A model generated the notes under the pieces. It was given only the letters and a program-made list of their open reading frames with translations, was not told the origin of the DNA and searched no databases. From NCBI GenBank assembly GCA_030324005.1, contig JARDVH010000031.1, positions 10,056,710 to 10,120,709 on the forward strand: a stretch of DNA of 64,000 nucleotides. The letters are read 5' to 3'. Every line of letters starts with the position of its first letter. Position 1 is the first letter of the stretch. Below are positions 50,094 through 62,404 of this stretch, one piece after another. The position numbers and the translations under genes were made by a program. The stretch comes from Negaprion brevirostris (Eukaryota).

Positions 50094-50123
50094 CATTAAT
50101 ACATCTCCCACAAAAACAAATCA
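50094..50123 (-). CDS. IKZF2: Candidate alternative 30-nt in-frame micro-exon (VICFCGRCIN inserted in the ZF1-ZF2 linker)
   Basis: Minus strand reads ccacttcttccag|TGATTTGTTTTTGTGGGAGATGTATTAATG|gtaaga. It is phase 1-1 with no stop and lies 120 nt upstream of the ZF2-3 acceptor. No transcript evidence. Confidence 0.45.
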
Positions 50124-51699
50124 CTGGAAGAAGTGGCTTGAGCTGGGTGACATGAGGAATTGATCAAAAATATCCAGTTCAAATGACAGGGAGGAGGGTT
50201 TCCTCTGAGTTTTAAGCGCAGCAGAATTCTGAACAAATTGTCTACAAACAGGCTTACGTAAAACACATCGAAAAAAACTGTCCCCTTGATCACTGAAACA
50301 CACTGTATCTGCTGTGTTAATTCAGTTGTTAATAATTCTAACTCGTAATTGCACTGATGATGTCATCAGTATTGCTTAAAGCAGAGATGATCATATTCCA
50401 TCTTCATAGACTATTTATTGCATATCATGGGGTCCTGTGGGTCACATTTGAAGTATAGTATAAACATCAAAGGTCAAGGAATATTTATAAAGACCACACC
50501 CCCCCCAAAGCTAAACTACACACTTCAACTAAAAATTAGTTTTCTATAATTAAAAGCATAGTGCCTGTGAGATAGATACAACCATTTATATATATATTTA
50601 TGCATTTAAGTTTTTTTTTAACTACTGAGAGACAGAAACAAAACCACATTACTGTAATGCTTTTTACTGTGCACAGATGTTGGCACTTAAAATNNNNNNN
50701 NNNNNNNNNNNNNNNNNNNTCAGACTAGCTGCAATTTACACTGCTGTCAGGCTGTTGCAGTGATCATTTATATAATCTAACTGGATCCAGCAGTCATTGT
50801 AATGAGGTTGTGATTTCACTGTTGTTATTACTGTTTGTAATAATCAATTCAAAAATTCAAAGCAATTTTTAAAAAAACACGTTGCATGAAAAAGCACAAT
50901 GACACAGCACATGATTCTATAAACTTTTTTGTAAATGAACACATTACAGACATGATTTAATATTTTACAACTGGTATACTATTGCTGCCCATGGACAAAA
51001 TGTGGAATTCTGACATGCCCGTAGAGGTTTAATTTTCAAATTATTATAAACTCCTCATTCATTCAAACATTACCTTAATTATAATGCAAAGTAAGTAATT
51101 GGAAACCTGCTGTAGAACCACTAAAAGAGTCTTTCACATTCACTCTGAAGCTGTGTTATGCTTAATCACAGTCTCAGTATTTTAAAATATTTCAATGATT
51201 CTTCCTTTATTTTGGATCACCCTATATCAGTGATACAGTCTTCTCTCAGTCCCCCAATTACTACTGTTCATGTCATGTCATGTTATGTCATGTAATGTGC
51301 GCTCTCCTTGGCTCAGTTTGCTGATGCCTGTCAATGGTGGTTTGCAGTCTCATGGGGCAGGGTAAGAAGGCAGGTACCATGTATAACTCAGCCAGATGGG
51401 AACTGAAACTGTACATTTGGCATTGTTCCGAACCATACTTTAGCTATTGAGCCAAATGAGCTAACCAACACCGCCAATTACAATTGTTACTACACAAATA
51501 TATTTTTATATGTTGACCACCAGAATAGTATTTGGCATCAGAATGGGTTCACTCGCCCTACAGGAATTGCCCCTCCCTCTCGGGAGAAACATCATTTCCA
51601 CATGGTGTGCTTTCTATTGTTCGCACAGCAGAGAGTAGACTTGTACCTTGTGGGGAATCATTTAAAATTGATACTGCAAGTTTATGAAGTCACTGAGAA

Positions 51700-52300
51700 T
51701 GTCAACATTACAGTTTATTTCTAAAGGAACAGAGCTGAGAAGCAAAGAGATTATGCTATCCTTGCATTTTATCTCGGTTAGACCACACTTAAGACTACTG
51801 TGCTCATTTCTAGTCTCCCAGTTACAAAGAGGATCTGGAGCCACTGATGAAGATTTATAAGGACGATACCAGAAATGAGAGGTTAGAACTATCAGGAAAA
51901 AACTGAACAGGTTGGGGCTCTCTTCTTGAGAGAAAAAGAAAACTGAGAGATGATCTAATAGATGTATTTAAAGATCTAGATGAGGTAAATGGAGCAGACA
52001 TGGATAAGGTGTTTCCACTTGTGAGAGATCCAAAATTAAAGGTTATAAATATACGATAGTCACTGATAAATCCAATAGGAATTTCAAGAGATACTTTACC
52101 CAGTGAGTGGTCATGGAGAAGATGAGGTGAATAGCATAGCTGTCTTTAAGGGGAAGCCAGTTAAACACCCATAGGTGTAAGAAATAGAACAGTGTGATGA
52201 CACGGTTAGATGAAGTATGGTTGGTGTGGGGTTTGTTTGGAGCACAAACACAGGTCAGTTGGGCTGAATAGCCTGTTTCTGTGCTGTGAAATCTATCAAT
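51700..52300 (+). mobile_element. Old CR1 3' fragment
   Basis: ggttagaccacacttaagactactgtg (VRPHLEYC-like); tail ttgggctgaatagcctgtttctgtgctgt. Confidence 0.72.
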
Positions 52301-54629
52301 CAGATCTTTCTGCAGTGGGGCATCTCACTACATGTCCTATTAGTCACACTTTCTTGTGTATGTTTAGTTTCAAAACATTTTTGCTCACAATGTTGCTACA
52401 TGTGTAAGCTGATGACTCCACAGCTAGGACATTTGGTACCTTGGTAAACAATGGTTAAAGAAATGCAATGTTGATCACAATGAGAAGTAAGGATTGAAAG
52501 AGAAACAGAGGAAGGACTGAGAAGGTGAATTAGGCTGGGAGAATTAAAGTAGGTCAGATAATGAAAGAAGATTGGATTAAGTGGGGGCAGAGGAGGAAAA
52601 ACAAAAGCAAAAGTAAGAAATTGTTAAAATTTGTAATTTTTAAGATCTAAAACAATTCATAAACTGTAGGAATGAGATTTCACTTTCTGGACAAGACAGG
52701 TTGATTGACAGTCACTAACAATTATCACCTCACTGAAAAGGTGCTTGCATTATTAATTACTAGACTTAATTTTCTGCAGCAAATTCAATGGATAATTAAT
52801 GTGCAAATTTAGCAACATCGTCAAAATCATGGGCAGGTTAAACACAAATTTTGCAAAACTAATGACAGAGTAGTGCAAATCAGTCAACAACTTGGGACGA
52901 TTCACAATTCATAGGGCATCTCTTCCTTGATACAAGTTGCTAGCCAATTTATATATTAATAATAATGAGTGCCATTCTGACATCATTTTTTCCAGCAACA
53001 TCTGACTCTATACAATGCATGTAATTGCAGATAGATATTCAATGTTATAGCTGAAACACCAATGAAATAGTCAATGATTCTTTAAAGAGAACATGTATTT
53101 GAAAGTTAACATTCTTGGCATCTGAACCTTCTTGTCATAGACCTTTGAGGCCTATAATCTATTGCATAGGGCCTGCTTATGTTTGTATTTTAATTGATAT
53201 AGAAAATTATGGCAAGCAACAAATATCTGTGGTGAAATATTGCAAATATACTAAATTTCAGAAATCATGCAAATCACTCACAAAATAAATAAAATTCTGC
53301 CACACTGAATTACCTTACTATAGCATTTAATTAATCAAAAAATTTCATCCAAACTCACTCTTGCAGATTATTCATCATTTACATATGGGAAAGAATGTAA
53401 GTAATGAAACATGCTCTGTTTCAATATTTTACACTTACTGTCTGCAGCTTTTATTGTTCTTTCATTCTATCTTTATTTATTAGAACATGAGAAATTTACT
53501 GGGAATTTTAGAATGCAGTTTTGTGAACTGCTTTACAAAAACAGATTTTCCTAAACATTTTGCATCACCAGTCCTGATAAAATTAAGCTTTAGGTGATGG
53601 CAATCATAAATAAAAGTTTTTTTTTATTTGATTCAACGAGATTCTGCCTGACCTTTTGACTATTTATAACATTCAGCTTTTGTTAGCAAAGATTTTCTTT
53701 CCAAAAGCTCATCAAAGGTAAACATAATATATCGCTAAGTAACCTTCAATTTAAAGTAATCAGAAACTACCAAATGACACTGGATGAAAAACTGCAAAGG
53801 CCAAAGGTAGTTTTAGGATACTGGAGTAATGTGTACAAACCATAGTGTTACAAAACAAAGCGAACCTCAGTTCTTTTTAATAATTAACATTTTTTATTGT
53901 AGGTATTTTGATATCATGTTTTAAAATTATGCGCTGCGCTTCCTACATAATGCCTCTGGAAACATTTGGAAAAGTTCTGATGTATGAAGTTTTGTACTTC
54001 TGGATCCAATTAATTTTGTAATTAATACATCAAATTTCCAATGATCTCTGTGGACAGGTCAGAGCAGTGTCAAGAATATTGGTAAACATTTAAATGTGTG
54101 TTGAAATGACTTTAATTTGAGTCAAAAATTTGCTATCAATACTCACTCCATACCTGTTATATACAATAATAAAGCTGAGCAAAATTGAGGTCAGTTCACA
54201 GAAGGTTTTGCATTTTTGCAAGAAAAACTTAAGTGTTAGAAACAACTGTTCACACCAATACATGGGGGAGGGTAAAGTTAAAGCCATAGGCAATTATCCG
54301 ATGTTTCTTTGATGCATAGGACGTGTTATTTAATATTACAAGCAGTTTTTTGACTTGTTTTAATGTTTTTTGCATTTTTTGCAACTATTAGATGTGCTCA
54401 TTTTTGCAGAAAACAGTGAGAAACAATAATTTGAGACTCTGGTTTTACTTGAATAGCTGGATTTGAAGGCGTAGTAATTTAAATGCACTGTACACCTATT
54501 TTACAGGCAAAAGATGGGCAGGAAAGGATTCAATATGATGGATAGTTTAAGCATGTTCATTTGGCACCAAAGTATACCATTTACCAGATTGGATTGAACA
54601 CTTATATATACATCCAAGGCACAAGCCTC

Positions 54630-55440
54630 AAGTATTAAAAAACTGAATATTGCTGAAAGGAGAGGCATGTTATCAAAGCTTTTCATCTAGCACTCATCAG
54701 GACAAATGCAAGAATACCAAATTTAAAACAATCACAACGATTTATACTGCAGAAGAAAATAATGCTGATTGGCAAGTAGTCTTTGATTGGGCAAGGTGTT
54801 GCCACAGAGCGAGCAAAAGGAACTATAGGCTCCCTGGTGATTCAAAAAAGTTGCAACAGTTGAACTTGTTTCTTTTGTTTGCAGAGAATGAGTCCCTGTG
54901 TATGAACGTATGTCGCTTCTAGCAAGCGAGCAAGCATAAATAAAGAACACTATGACCTTGATAGACTGCTTTAAATTAATTGTTGGTGTAGCCATCAGTG
55001 CACTCAGGATTATTCAGCAAGTACTGCCCAGTCACAGAATCACATCTAATGGTGGACATTTTGTTTTGGGTTTTGCAAGAATAGGGTGGTTGAGTACAAT
55101 TAGGCCAATAGGAACAACCAAATTTACATACTGTTTGATTTGATCAACCAATTGCTGAGATGTACAATCTACATATCTAGGTTTGCACTGGCAATGAAAT
55201 TTGGAACCTATTCTCTGTAAATTAAAGGAATATGTTCAAGCCTTGCACTTTCTTTTAATTACCAGGTAAGTTGGAAAGCATATGATCCCCATTGCATTCT
55301 CCAAGGCAATGCCTTGGTTAATTAGAGTTGCCTTGCAACCAATAACCACCCTTTTCCCCTGTAGTATAAGTTGCTGTGATCATCTGAAATTTGGCAAGAA
55401 AAGCTTCAGCAATATTTCTCTCTTCCCAGCAATATTTAAA
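54630..55440. mobile_element. Penelope-like 3' fragments in minus then plus orientation
   Basis: ctcaggattattcagcaagtactgcccagtcacagaatcacatctaatg is the reverse complement of 37050-37100; 55250-55430 matches 37255-37500 directly. Confidence 0.65.
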
Positions 55441-57734
55441 AATGCATAATATTTAAATAAGATTTCTACACTTATTGTGGGGCCATTTTGTGATTTGCCA
55501 CATGATAAACTGCTTAGCAACCAACAGCATTAACAGACAGGAAAGAAGCAGTGTACTTAAGAGACTCAACCCATGCATGTTTGAGCTTTAGCTTTTTTTT
55601 GCTTATTTTCTGTCTTTACAGCTCAGTCTGCTATCATGTTTTCTTACTATTAGATTTATTTTGTCTGCCTTCAAAATAGTTGTACTGCAATCATGAATGG
55701 TCTGGTAAGACTGACATTGGGGTTAAAGGATGAGGATAAGTAGATAAAAGGATAGCAGAGAGCATGAGCTGCTGATGGAAGATGGAGGAGGTGGGGAAAA
55801 CTTTGGTGTGGCCATATCCACAATGGTTCTTCAAGGGGAACTTCTCATACCTCAACATCACTGAGGAGTAATACCACCAGCAACTTCAATTCACAACCAG
55901 ACCTCAAACCAGGGCACAGATAACACTGCCTGTGAGTGTCCAGGTTCACCATGGTCCTTTAAATTCTTCCTTCCAGGCTGTGACAAGTCAGATGAATAAT
56001 GTACATGTCTGTTTCTAGCTGTCAGGTTGAACAGCTATATCACTTTCCTCATTCAGAGTGAAGCAAGACAAGGGAGCACTGGGCTCATTATCTCAAACAC
56101 TGTCACTGTACCTGCAACAGATGGACTGCAGCGGTTCAAGAAAGAAGTTTGCCACAATTTTCTTAAGGGCAATTATGGATGAGCAACAAATGCTGGCCTG
56201 GCTAGTAGTGCTCATACATTTTTTAAAAATTCGAAATCTGAATTGCAGGTGCCATACACTACAGCCATATGACAGTGTACACTCCTCATCATAATCTTGG
56301 CATTTTTCTTCGTCGAAATGGACTCCAATAACTCAATGACCAGTTTGTTTGCAACCATAAGCAGTGTATCATTTAGGTTTGTGCCAGCAGTCATGACTCC
56401 TTCATCTTGCGTCAGTTATCTGCACCAACTTTATTCCAATCAAGCCATCATGTTACTGGGTAGATATTGGGAAACAACAGTTATCCCATTCAGACATGGC
56501 TTCTGATTCCTGTGAGAAACCCAACCACATCTATAGAGCAGGCCTTTCAGCTGAGCTTTACTACCACCGGAAATGTCAACAAGGAGAAAATCAACCTGCT
56601 CAAGCAATGATACTGCTGCCTGGAACATTCAAGATGCTTTGCAGTGCAGCCCTCATCATGACTGTATTTATTATCAATATCAAATTGCCTTGCTTCAAAC
56701 TAGCTTTTTGGGTCAAAGTTCAACAACTCAAATCCATCTGTCATCAGTATTTAACAATAATAATTGAGAATCAACTTTGTGTAATGTCTTGGGTCTGTTT
56801 ATCCATCCTATGAAATGAATCCATCTAGAAGGTGAAAGCTAATGAGCTCCTATTGAGGACCCTTCAGATGACCATGGTGGGTGAGGTTGAGCAGCTCTGG
56901 ACCTTGTGAGCCTCACTCAGCATTGCCTGTGTCAGAGCAGGTGGTGGGAGACAGCTATTCTCAGAGAGACAGCATACAAGTCCTCTGCAGAAGATTTGTT
57001 GCACATCCCTGCCCTCTGGTGAATTGGCATCTGTAGCATTCTATCCTTCTGCCTTCATTCCTGTAATGATTCACCATATGAAGACTCCCTCCGCTTGCCT
57101 AGCCTCTGACGTACAATCACTGGGCTGGTACTTGCGAAGATCAGGTGGAATGAATCTGCATGTTCATGGAAGGCTTTTTTTTCTCTTAACTGATAGCTGA
57201 GACTCCACATTTTCAGCATTTGAAATGAAAGAGTTAACTATATGAATGGTCAGCAAAGAGAAAAAATAACAGTTGCAGTTAGTCTTGCATTGCATTTGGA
57301 TGCAATAAAAAAGAGAATGGAAAAAAGGATATGGTGTGATGAAACTATGCTCTGTGTATCCTTCAGCATTTCAATTCATTACGGCCATGACTCAATCCTG
57401 CCTCTATTAGTCAGCAAGACTTTCTTCCACAGGGGAGATGATGTGCAGGGAGGCTTTGTGTTTACTGGTAACAGCCTGCTGTTACATGTTGTGCATGACT
57501 GCAAGGAAGAAGGGAGTATATTAGTGACAATCTTGTGAGGTGTTTGAAAGAATGTTCCTATCACAGTTGAACAGTTTGTATGTTGTGATATGAGATATAG
57601 GAAACTGAGGGTTATAACAGAGATGAGAGTAAGAGATACATGTGGCAGGAGTGATTTCACCTTCACAATCAATACCTCCTCCACTTCAAGAACAACACCA
57701 CCTCCACAATCATCCTCAACACCGGTACCCCACA

Positions 57735-58660
57735 AGACTGTGTTCTCATCCCCCTACTAAACTCCTTATACACCTATGACTGTGTGACCAAATTCCGTCC
57801 AATTCAATTTTCAAGTTTGCTGACGACACCACCGTAGTGGGTTGGATTTCAAACAATGATGAGACAGAGTACAGGAATGAGATAGAGAATCTCGTGAACT
57901 GGTGCAGCAACAATAATCTCTCCCTCGATGTCAACAAAATGAAGGAGATTGTCATCGACTTCAGAAAGCATAAAGAAGAACATGCCCCTGTCTACATCAA
58001 TGGGGACGAAGTAGAAAGGGTCAAGAGCTTCAAGTTTTTAGGTGTCCAGATCACCAACAACCTGTCCTGNNNNNNNNNNNNNNNNNNNNNNNNNNNNNNN
58101 NNNNNNNNNNNNNNNNNNNNNNNNNNNNNNNNNNNNNNNNNNNNNNNNNNNNNNNNNNNNNNNNNNNNNNNNNNNNNNNNNNNNNNNNNNNNNNNNNNNN
58201 NNNNNNNNNNNNNNNNNNNNNNNNNNNNNNNNNNNNNNNNNNNNNNNNNNNNNNNNNNNNNNNNNNNNNNNNNNNNNNNNNNNNNNNNNNNNNNNNNNNN
58301 NNNNNNNNTCTACACTTCCTGCTGCCTCGGGAAAACAACCAGCATAATTAAGGACCCCACGCATCCCAGACTGTCTTTCTTCTACCTTCTCCCTTCAGGA
58401 AAAAGGGACAAAAGTCTGAGGTCACGTACCAACCGACTTAAGAACAGCCTCTTCCCTGCTGCTGTCATAACTTTTGAATGGACTTACCTTGCATTAAGCT
58501 GATCTTTCTCTACACCCTAGCTATGACTGTAACACTACATTGTGCACACTCTTGTTTTCTTCTCTATGAACAGTATGTTTTGTCTGTATGTTTTGCGCAA
58601 GAAACAATACTTTTCACTGTATGTTAGTACATGTGACAATAATAAATCCAATCAAAAAGA
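57735..58660 (+). mobile_element. Rex1/Babar-clade LINE, RT 3' part and tail
   Basis: KFADDTTVVGWISNNDETEYRNEIENLVNWCSNNNLSLDVNKMKEIVIDFRK...FKFLGV...IIKDPTHP...LLPSGKR...RLKNSLFP; tail aataaatccaatc. Confidence 0.9.
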
Positions 58661-60834
58661 GTGACAGCATGGAGAGCGTAATTCTGTAGCTGTTTAGATG
58701 GGTGGAGTTGGGAGGCAGGCAGAAGGAGAGAGTAATTGTTTAGTGAGGTAAGATTCTTACCCTGAAAATTCTAATTAGGTCACTGAACCTTTTCCTGAAT
58801 GTAGCAATGTCCTAGAAGCTAAACTCCTGACATTAACATCCTCAGCAATTTCGTCTGATCATAATGAATTTATTGCCTTGTGTATAGAGAACAGCTTTCC
58901 CCTCCCCTTATCAACAGCCTGGATGAGGGCATCCAAAGATGCATCAGAAAACTAGGGTGACTTTCTTGTATCTATAGTTGTCATTGAAGAGTTTCCACAG
59001 CATTTTTCTGCTGTCTCCAGCCAGAGTGGACATTTTTCAGAGACGTTGGCCTCCTTTAAGTGGAATCAAGCTTGATTTTTCACAACACCTCATCCTCACC
59101 ACCTTCCAAATTGGGCTTACTGCCATAAGTGGTCTGGGAATGGGCTGCAGAGTCAATTTCACATGTCCTGCTCTCACCTGTCCATTTCAGATCCCATCAA
59201 GGTTCCATAGAGAAGTTTATTTTTCACCCAATTTTCCTAAGCTTCCAGGAAAGTTGCAAGATCTAAGAAAATGTTCAAATCCACTAAAATGAATGAGAAT
59301 GCTATAGTATTCTCAGCGGTATCATTTTATATTAAGACCAGAAGCAGTAAGATTTGTAATTCTTTGTGGTCAAGTTCTTATTATGTAAATGGAAAACAAT
59401 TAGAAAATTACGTAGATTTCAGGAAATGGCAGCAAAACCTGGAAACAATAATTTCATCTCCAAGGGCATGTCAGAAAAGAACAAGAAGTTGTTCATGTCA
59501 GATAAACACATTTTGCTTGAACCTAATTACCAAATGCATCAGTCCTTGGAAAAGGTTATATCTGTCCAACAGATTTAAATCCAGTAGAAGAATGAGAAGA
59601 GAATTAAACAAAATGTTAAAGGCATTGGGCCCAATTTTATTATACGGTGCCAACGCAGTCTTTTATTCTACATTTTTTTTGTTTATATTTGTCTTTCAAT
59701 GCATCAATCCCTTTTCCCTAAACAATCCTTTTTCTATCTCACATTTCTAGTCTCTCCACGCTGTATGATTTATGTATCCAAGTAATGACAAAGTCTTTTT
59801 GTTGTCTCCTGCAAATGCCACACTTAAGGCATTCGGATAATTGTCACTCTGATTTTACCTCTCCTTTTCAGGGAAGTACAGGGACTCTGAATGGTGCCGC
59901 CCATTGCAGACACAAAGAACAACGGGGGATCAAACATAATTAAGCAGAAGTTTTATTTTTCCTGTTAAATAGAAAGGATTGTTAAATGAATGCTAAATGA
60001 AGGCTTGATCGATTGAACACTGTTGATATTTAACAAACTGACATCAAGTCACCATGGTATCTTTTATGAATAACCAAAGGGACATAATTAATGTTTTCAA
60101 AATTCTGAAAGTTTTTTGAGAGAGTAAACAGTGAAAGATTGTTTCCACTTACTGGTGAATTAGTAGCAAGTGAGCATAGACCTAATAAGTAAAACAAAGA
60201 AGGAAGCAGGAAGAGCTTTTTATTCACACAGTTAGCTGCAAGTGCCACTAAGGCATTGGACATAACATTATTTGAAAGTGAATTAGCTAAATATTTAAAA
60301 GATAATACAAAACATTTATCTGGCATGTTCAAAGAATGGAATAAGGGTTAATAGCTCCAGTTGAAGAGCTAACACCAACCAAGGCACATTTCTGCCAAAA
60401 TAAGCTTCTTCTGTGGAATAATTTCTAGAATTCTAAAGCCTGATGCATAGATACATGGATTTTTATCTTACACAGCTGAATTTTTTTCAACATTATGTTC
60501 CAACTTTGCATGATGACTTACTTGGCATTACTATTTGACTTAGTAAGGATAGGCAAATTCATTTGTTGCAATAATACTGCACTGGCCCATCTACCAAGAG
60601 ATAGAAGTTCACATTTTGGGTTCAACTGTTACTTATTTTCAGGCCTCCTCTGCATGGAAGTTTGACCATGAAGGATCTTCTGGCCTGCTGCTCAAATAAT
60701 GGTATTGGTAGGATTAATGAGTATTGTGTCTGGCTGGGGAAGGATAGGAAGAAAGAAAAAGAGAAACATTACAAACATTTTTTTTGAGTATTTGGATTAT
60801 TTTCCTCAACATAAGTTAAGGAATTGAAGGCTAT

Positions 60835-60950
60835 AGGCAGGATTCTCCAACCTCGTCTGTACTCGTCCCACTGCTAGCGAGAATGGAGAATTTGCCGCTG
60901 AGCCAAAACTCCATTCACTGCAGCCACGGACGAGGTTGGAGGTTTCTGGT
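60835..60950. mobile_element. Short palindromic MITE
   Basis: gattctccaacctcgtc ... gacgaggttggaggtttc inverted termini. Confidence 0.65.
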
Positions 60951-62140
60951 GTACATGTCTAGGTATGTAGACACTTTTTCCATCTTCCTCTTTATCTTTA
61001 CCGATGTTACTTATAAGTCTATGCTCCCTTATTATGATTTAATGTTGTGCATAATTAGCAACTTCCGACTGGATTGTTACCAAATAACAAAATCTTTAGT
61101 TACTAACTATCAATTAGGTGCACTCAATAGCTACATGTATTTATAGAGCTACTAACTGTAACTAAATTAAATATTAAGTAGAAAAATTGATTTAGAATTG
61201 ATTACATTAATAGTATTTCTGAATATCACAGCTACACTATTTGTGCAGTTTTGCACCATAGTACAATATCGGGAAAGGTACAAAAGACACATGTATCATT
61301 ACAACCACAGCAATACTCATCCCCTTAAACAGGGATCATAATGAGTAATGGGTAAAACCAAGTTTATAAAAATATTATTTGAAAATGTCGAAGTGAAGTC
61401 AAGTATATTAAAACATACTTTTCTTGCACAGGTTAAGAATATGAAATAAAGAGGTAAATTACAGAGTGCAACAAAGAACCTCTCTAACCCTTGCAGGTGT
61501 TTTAATTTTTGAAAAACCATCAATTAATTTGTAAAGATTAGAGTCAGAGGTGAAGTTTTAAAATAAACTAATTAAATTAAATATTTAATGCCAACAAGGA
61601 TCTGAACATTACAATTTGTAGGCACTAGTCTCAGTGTATTTTGGTAATTTACTATTATTACTTCTCTTGAACTTCTGAATGAAGCATGCCAATGCATTCA
61701 TTAAAAGGACTAACATAAGTATTTGTAAATAGAGTTTGCAAAGGAGCAAGACAATGAGAATGACATTTCTAACCTAGATATTTTGGATTTTACGTCACCT
61801 TTTGATTGATAACTATCACTGCAGTGACTTTCAAAGTAGCAACGTTCAGTTTGGCTCGTCATTTTAAGTCTGCTTTACAACAGCTTCATTATAGAGTGCA
61901 CAATAATAGTAGATAACAATCTTAATTATGTCAGTATGTATGTTTGTGCAACTACAAAATCTTTTAAAAAAAAACCTATTCACTCAAAATTCCTAGATTT
62001 ATTGCACCACACTGGTGATTTAAAGAAAATTTAGTTGTTGTAAAAATGTGTCTAAAATTAAAGTGGACCACAACTTTGGCTCCTTTCGAAGTACACATTT
62101 CTTATCTAGTGTACGATCAACTTTTTCTTTAGCTGCTTAC

Positions 62141-62404
62141 CAGTGTGGCTCCGTTTATGTACCATTAGAACATTGGGCCCAATGCAAACCATCCCACAGA
62201 TGTCACACTTCAGTTTACCATTCGGGAGTCGTATTCCTCCATCAGCTTGTATCTCCGACCCTGGATTGCTTTCAGTCATTCCGTTGCTTTCCACCACGGA
62301 TTCCTCCATGGCACTCATTTCCTCTTTGCTTCTGGCTCGGTCCATCTGATTAAGAACTTTTCCATCATCCTCATCACTATGCATCTCTATCTTGATGGAG
62401 TTTG
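62141..62404 (-). CDS. IKZF2: Ikaros-family zinc finger protein Helios, internal coding exon with N-terminal region and ZF1 (264 nt, phase 1-1)
   Basis: Minus-strand translation is [16 protein letters not shown]...[40 protein letters not shown]. Acceptor is ttttttggtttttcag|CA (AG at 62406-62405) and donor is ACTG|gtaagc (62140-62135). [18 protein letters not shown] is the Helios/Eos-type ZF1, and [13 protein letters not shown] resembles Helios [13 protein letters not shown]. Confidence 0.92.

Larger units (their letters stand above)
49974..62140 (-). other. IKZF2: Intron between the ZF1 and ZF2-3 exons (~12.2 kb, GT-AG, phase 1)
   Basis: Bounded by canonical splice sites of the two exons; frame-compatible. 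Confidence 0.88.

Noticed and set aside
59271-59750. 159-aa ORF
   Set aside because: AT-rich, with no recognisable motif or exon structure.
49806-62404. Assignment to IKZF4 (Eos) or IKZF1/3
   Set aside because: CGMVCIG and FHCNQC argue against IKZF1/3. CPFCSY, EIQADGG and the internal GGT donor favour IKZF2. NSIKIEM is Eos-like, so synteny is still needed.
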